From an uncultured virus (IMG/VR IMGVR_UViG_2061766007_000220) (taxonomy: Duplodnaviria > Heunggongvirae > Uroviricota > Caudoviricetes), in the IMG/VR virus record IMGVR_UViG_2061766007_000220: 52,840 bases of DNA. One strand, written 5' to 3'. Made by a program: the position numbers and the translations under genes. This document shows positions 48,275 to 52,840 of this stretch, in pieces (the first letter of the stretch is position 1; each line of letters starts with the position of its first letter). A model generated the notes under the pieces. The model did no database searches. It was not told the DNA's origin and worked only from the letters and a program-made list of their open reading frames with translations.

Positions 48275-51200
48275 TTATTCTCCTTTCACCATCTCAACGA
48301 TCAACTCTCTCGGTATCATGTAATAAAGCACTCCATGTTTCCAAGGGAGCGGAATGAGCAAGTTCTTTTCTTCGTCCAAGTGAGGAACATGGATTTTGTC
48401 ATCAAGCGTCTTAATGCTTTCAATTATTGTTCTATCATCATCCATATTTACTCCTTTACTCTCAGATAGTATTTCTTAATCTGCCTTATCTGCTTCGATG
48501 ATTGTTGGTGCTATTCTGATATAATTACTTCCATAGTTGGCATCATCAATCTTATTTAGTGGTAATGCATCAGCATCAATCAATCTTCCATGTCCTTTCG
48601 GGAGTGGTGTGCCGTTATAAATTGCCATGCAAAACTGTTGGAGTATTGTTTTACCACTTCTTTCACCCGAACAAATAAAACAACCATCTCTGAGAATGTT
48701 ATATGATTCTTCGGGTATCTTAATTACCAACTCTATGTCTGCCATGTTTCCTCACTTTCCTGTGGTTCAAAATCTATGTGCCGACCATCGCTTTATACTT
48801 GAATACGGAATGTGATGTTCGCCCTCTTTTACACCAAATCTGATGTAATACATAAGGCTTGCTTTTCCCTCGCTATAATCGTCACAACATATTTCCTCTT
48901 TATCACCATTGATATATTCAATAACCAATAGCGCTCTCATCCCTCACCCTCGCTTTCTATCTCGTCTAACACTTCACTCCAACAATGTTCTTCTTCCCAA
49001 CCTCTTTTATTTGTTTCTTCATGCGCTATTTCTCTCAATTCTTCTATTGTATTTCCTTTGATCGTAATGTCATCTTCGTACTTTCCGTTATAATGAATTA
49101 TTGCTCTCATTCCTCATCCTCTCTTTCTGCTTTGTACTTGTCGATAATCTGCATAACCTCATTGCACTTAAACATTGAATCTCTATTCCCCGAAAAATAA
49201 TCATTATCATAAAATCGGTCTAAATCCTCAATCTCTGCCCTTATCTTGTCGAGGACATCGACTGACGGTTTGCTCTGTAGCGCCTCTCTTATGGTTTCAA
49301 TGGCTTTTCTTTTATCTTCCGGTTCAATTCCCTCTCTCCAGCATGCCTGTTCTGACATCGCCAAAATATCTAACGCTCTATCTGTTATCATTCACTCACC
49401 TCCTTGTAGGGTTCTGATAACTTTTTCCACGCTATTACATCAAACGGTATTACTTCCCCCGCGCGGTTAACCCATGTTTCCCCGTCATACCCGACAAATT
49501 CGGGATATATTACCCTTTGCGGTTCTCCGTTTCTGTCGTCTTCTTCTACTGTCACGTAACAAGTCATTAAATCATCAGGCAACCCCTTACTAACGGGTAT
49601 CCACTCGTTATCTTTGCGCCCGTCCTCGTATCCTTTTTGGTACTGATCGCGGTCATATTTCAATGCTTTTATCAGTTCTTCTTTGTTTATATCGTAACCT
49701 ATAGCCTTTTGCACTTCGTATATCAAGTGTCCGTCTTGTGCTTCTCTGATTTGAGTAGCTATGTCGGCTACGTTTTGAGTTATAGGACTNNNNNNNNNNC
49801 TTCGTATCCCTTTTGGTACTGATTGCGGTCATAATTCAATGCCTTTATCAGTTCTTCTTTGTCTACCTCGTAGCCTATAGCCTGTTGCACTTCATACATC
49901 AAGCGTCCGTCTTGCGCTTCTCTGATTTGAGTAGCTATGTCGGCTACGTTTTGAGTTATAGGACTTTCGTACATTCTGTCACCTGCTTTCGTTCTTCTGC
50001 CGTTCTCGGTACAAGCCCCCAATCAACGCCACACCAATCGCGCCTTGTTTGACACAGTTTGTATGTCTGCAAAAGTTTGTAAGCCTTATCAATGCAATAC
50101 TCTAAATCATCATCGCAACACCCACACGCACTATCCCAATAATCACAATCAGGGCAAACAAACGCTCGGCAGAAATCACGCAAACTATCTTGGAACAATT
50201 CTTCGTCCATGCCCTCGTCGGGGTCTGCGTAATNNNNNNNNNNATGTTCTATCCTCATTCACTCGCTACTCCTCTCCGAAGATTTTCTCGAAGTTGACCA
50301 TCTCAATACGAAGCGTAACTCCTGCCCTGCATATCTCACATGTTAAATCGTTATGCCAAACCAGTTCCCATTTCTGACCTCGGTTCAACTCAATGATTAT
50401 GGTGTTATCATTGAACGTGTAAAAACAAGGACGCTTAACTGTATATTTCTTCCTAGTCTCCATCACGATTCACTCACCTGCTTTCGTTCTTCTGCCGTTN
50501 NNNNNNNNNNNNNNNNNNNNNNNNNNNNNNNNNNNNNNNNNNNNNTGTAAAAGGTTGTATGCCTTGTCAATGCAATACTCTAAATCATCATCGCAACAAT
50601 TATACTCACAATCCCACTTTCCACAATCAGGGCAAACAAACGCTCGGCAGAATCCGTTCAGACTATCTTGGAACAATTCTTCGTCCATGCCCTCGTCGGG
50701 GTCTGCGTAATCCCATAACTGCTGACACAGGAAACTACATTTCTTGTGACACTTCCAATCGTAAATCATTCCCTCATATATAGCCTTTGTCCAATCGTAG
50801 ACCTCTCCCTTTCGGATAATCTCTGAACATAGGCTACAGTGATGATCTTTTCTTGCTTTTCGTTCTTTCCTTGCGAGTTCTCTTACTTCTCCCATCTGTC
50901 TGTCCTTTCTCGTACTTCTCGCACACGCTTTCAAAACAAGCAACATAGCCGATATTATGACCGTCTATCTCGCAGTAGCAACGGATTATCAGATTGTCGT
51001 CCGTCTGCCGTTTATTGTGTGTGCATGAGCAACAACACTTCTTCATGATTGTGACCTCCATTCTGTACTTTTGTCATTTGTCGCCTTTCCTCTTGTTCGC
51101 ACTCATGACGATACTTACGANNNNNNNNNNCTGTACTTCTCACACACGTTTTCAAAGCAGGCAACATAGCCGATATTATGACCGTCTATCTCACAATAGC

Positions 51201-52040
51201 AACGGATTATCAGATTGTCGTCCGTCTGCCGTATGTTGTGTGTGCATGAGCAACAACACTTTTTCATGATTGTGTTCATTCACCCCTCTTTCTTCGGCTC
51301 TTTGTACTCGGATTTCCAAAAGGCTTCATTACAACCCTTACTGCAAATAGTTTCTTTGTCACAAATATCAAATCCTGCCCACGCAGGACATACATATTCA
51401 CCACGCTCGTTTTTAGGTTCGACTCCGAAAACCTCTTTGTACTTATCAGCCATTGTCATAATCGGGTGTTCTTTCGCCCACTCGCTTACGGCTTTCATTA
51501 TATCTTCAACGTAAAGCATTCGCCTTCCAACGCGTATTGAAGTGCAAACATCATGTAACGGGCATTCCGCGCACCCTACCCCATCACAACTCATTTCGCC
51601 TTTGTTTGTTTTTCGTATGCTGTCAACCATTCTTACAAAATCTTTTTGGTATTGCGTCATTTCCATCTAATCACCCTCTTTCGTGTAATCTTCCTTTGGT
51701 TCAAATTCACATTCCCATTTCTCACAACCGCAAATATCNNNNNNNNNNTTTTTTCATGATTGTTTTCCTCCATTCTGTACTATTGTCATTTGTCGCCTTT
51801 CCTCTTGTTCGCACTCATGACAATACTTACGAAGCCTGTCGCCAATGCGCCAATGATATGTGACATTTCTGTTTGTGCGTCATCGTAATCGTCATATCTT
51901 GCAAGTTTAATGGGCGTTTCATTTGCCGTGTTCGCGTAGATCGTATAACCGCCCTCATGATACGGTACACATTCATAATATGTTACGTTGTCCGCGTTTA
52001 CAAATGTCTGTTTATCCTGTGAAACTATAAGCATATTCAA
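48275..52040 (-). CDS. Array of small hypothetical genes of the replication/accessory module (including DUF551-like 49388-50022, 48476-48745, 49107-49391, 50266-50466, 51280-51666, 51786-52040)
   Basis: Packed minus-strand ORFs; WIPVSKGLP..VIAW (DUF551), GTPLPKGHGRLIDAD, RKARKDHHCSLC; many duplicated around gaps. Confidence 0.65.
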
Positions 52041-52164
52041 GTCCTCTCTTGTGCAACCTTATTTCTTCTTTTCTTGTTCCTTTGGTTCAAATTCACATTC
52101 CCATTTCTCACAACCACAAATATCACTTCCTGGTTTCAATGGTACATGGTGCTTNNNNNNNNNN

Positions 52165-52840
52165 GTTTCAAACCCTGATTCCGGTACAACTTCTAAACTT
52201 ATCAGCATCGAAATTCGGAAGTGCCTTGATTACGTTCTTTTCTGTGACCGCCAGATTATCCCACCACTTCTGCTTGATTTCATCTGTTGCAACAAATACC
52301 TTGACAAACCCACCAATTGTCTTGTGTTCAGGGTGATTTCCTTTTTCTTCCTCGCTCATATCGTCACTCCGAACAAACGTTGTATGCGCATAGGGTAATC
52401 CTGATAAAATCTCTCTTGCGTCTGAACATAACCAATCTTGCATTGTCCACTCCGACGGAGCGTCAAACATATTGATTTTTGGATTTTCGTTAGTGCAAAA
52501 TACGCCCGAGTTGCAGTTGCCCGAGTTGTAGTAGCCCGAGTTGTAGTCGCCCNNNNNNNNNNNNNNNNNNNNNNNNNNNNNNNNNCCGAGTTGTAGTCGC
52601 CCGTGTTGCGGTAGCCCGAGTTGCAGTCGCCCGAGTTGCAGTTGCCCGAGTTGCAGTAGCCCGAGTTGTAGTTGCCCGAGTTGTAGTAGCCCGAGTTGTA
52701 GTTGCCCGAGTTGTAGTTGCCCGAGTTGTAGTTGCCCGAGTTGTAGTTGCCCGTGTTGTAGTAGCCCGAGTTGCAGTTGCCCGAGTTGCGGTTGCCCGAG
52801 TTGCAGTAGCCCGTACAAGTCTTATTAGTATTACTTGCTT
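52165..52840 (-). CDS. Pentapeptide (GxxNS) repeat protein, partial
   Basis: True frame TCTGYCNSGNRNSGNCNSG...; C-terminus GVFCT...KINMFD...EEKGNHPEHKTIGGF...WWDNL...LPNFDADKF. Confidence 0.85.
52505..52814 (-). repeat. 15-bp tandem repeat encoding the pentapeptide array
   Basis: Plus-strand unit CCCGAGTTGYRGTNG repeated many times across a gap. Confidence 0.95.

Noticed and set aside
1..52840. Many local direct repeats (portal, capsid, lysin, FtsK, terS pieces) suggesting tandem duplications or pseudogenes
   Set aside because: Nearly all abut N-gaps and differ mostly by synonymous SNPs, so they are best explained as interleaved haplotypes in a scaffold

Overview
The window holds most of a tailed dsDNA phage genome (siphovirus-like). 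Its genes resemble those of phages infecting Clostridia/Lachnospiraceae-type Firmicutes; the host is inferred, not shown. It is a gapped, apparently metagenomic scaffold. Dozens of N-gaps are flanked by near-duplicate segments, so at least two related haplotypes are interleaved and many ORF-track proteins are chimeric. Layout: (i) 1-32 kb, minus strand, late genes: terS, terL with a class 3 mini-intein, ArpU/RinA-like regulator, portal, minor head, scaffold, decoration protein, capsid, connectors, major tail, frameshifted tail chaperones, tape measure (two alleles), Dit/Tal, tail fibres (two alleles), holin, NlpC/P60 endolysin and a post-lysis cassette. (ii) 32.0-34.4 kb, a non-coding control/terminus region. 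(iii) 34.5-42.6 kb, plus strand, an island of small early-type genes including DUF5688-like, beta-clamp-like, DUF6927-like and FtsK-domain genes. (iv) 43.4-52.8 kb, minus strand, replication/accessory genes: MazG-like, Lar-like, G39P-like, a beta-helix protein and a pentapeptide-repeat protein. I saw no integrase, reverse transcriptase, tRNA or CRISPR array. The most interesting signals are non-coding: a cluster of near-consensus CodY boxes (one inside the terS promoter), a GTGARGCGATAACAC..AACAC motif shared by the early and late transcripts, a covarying RNA structure after the major tail gene, a candidate sRNA, and repeated promoter elements. All family calls are by eye and no searches were run.
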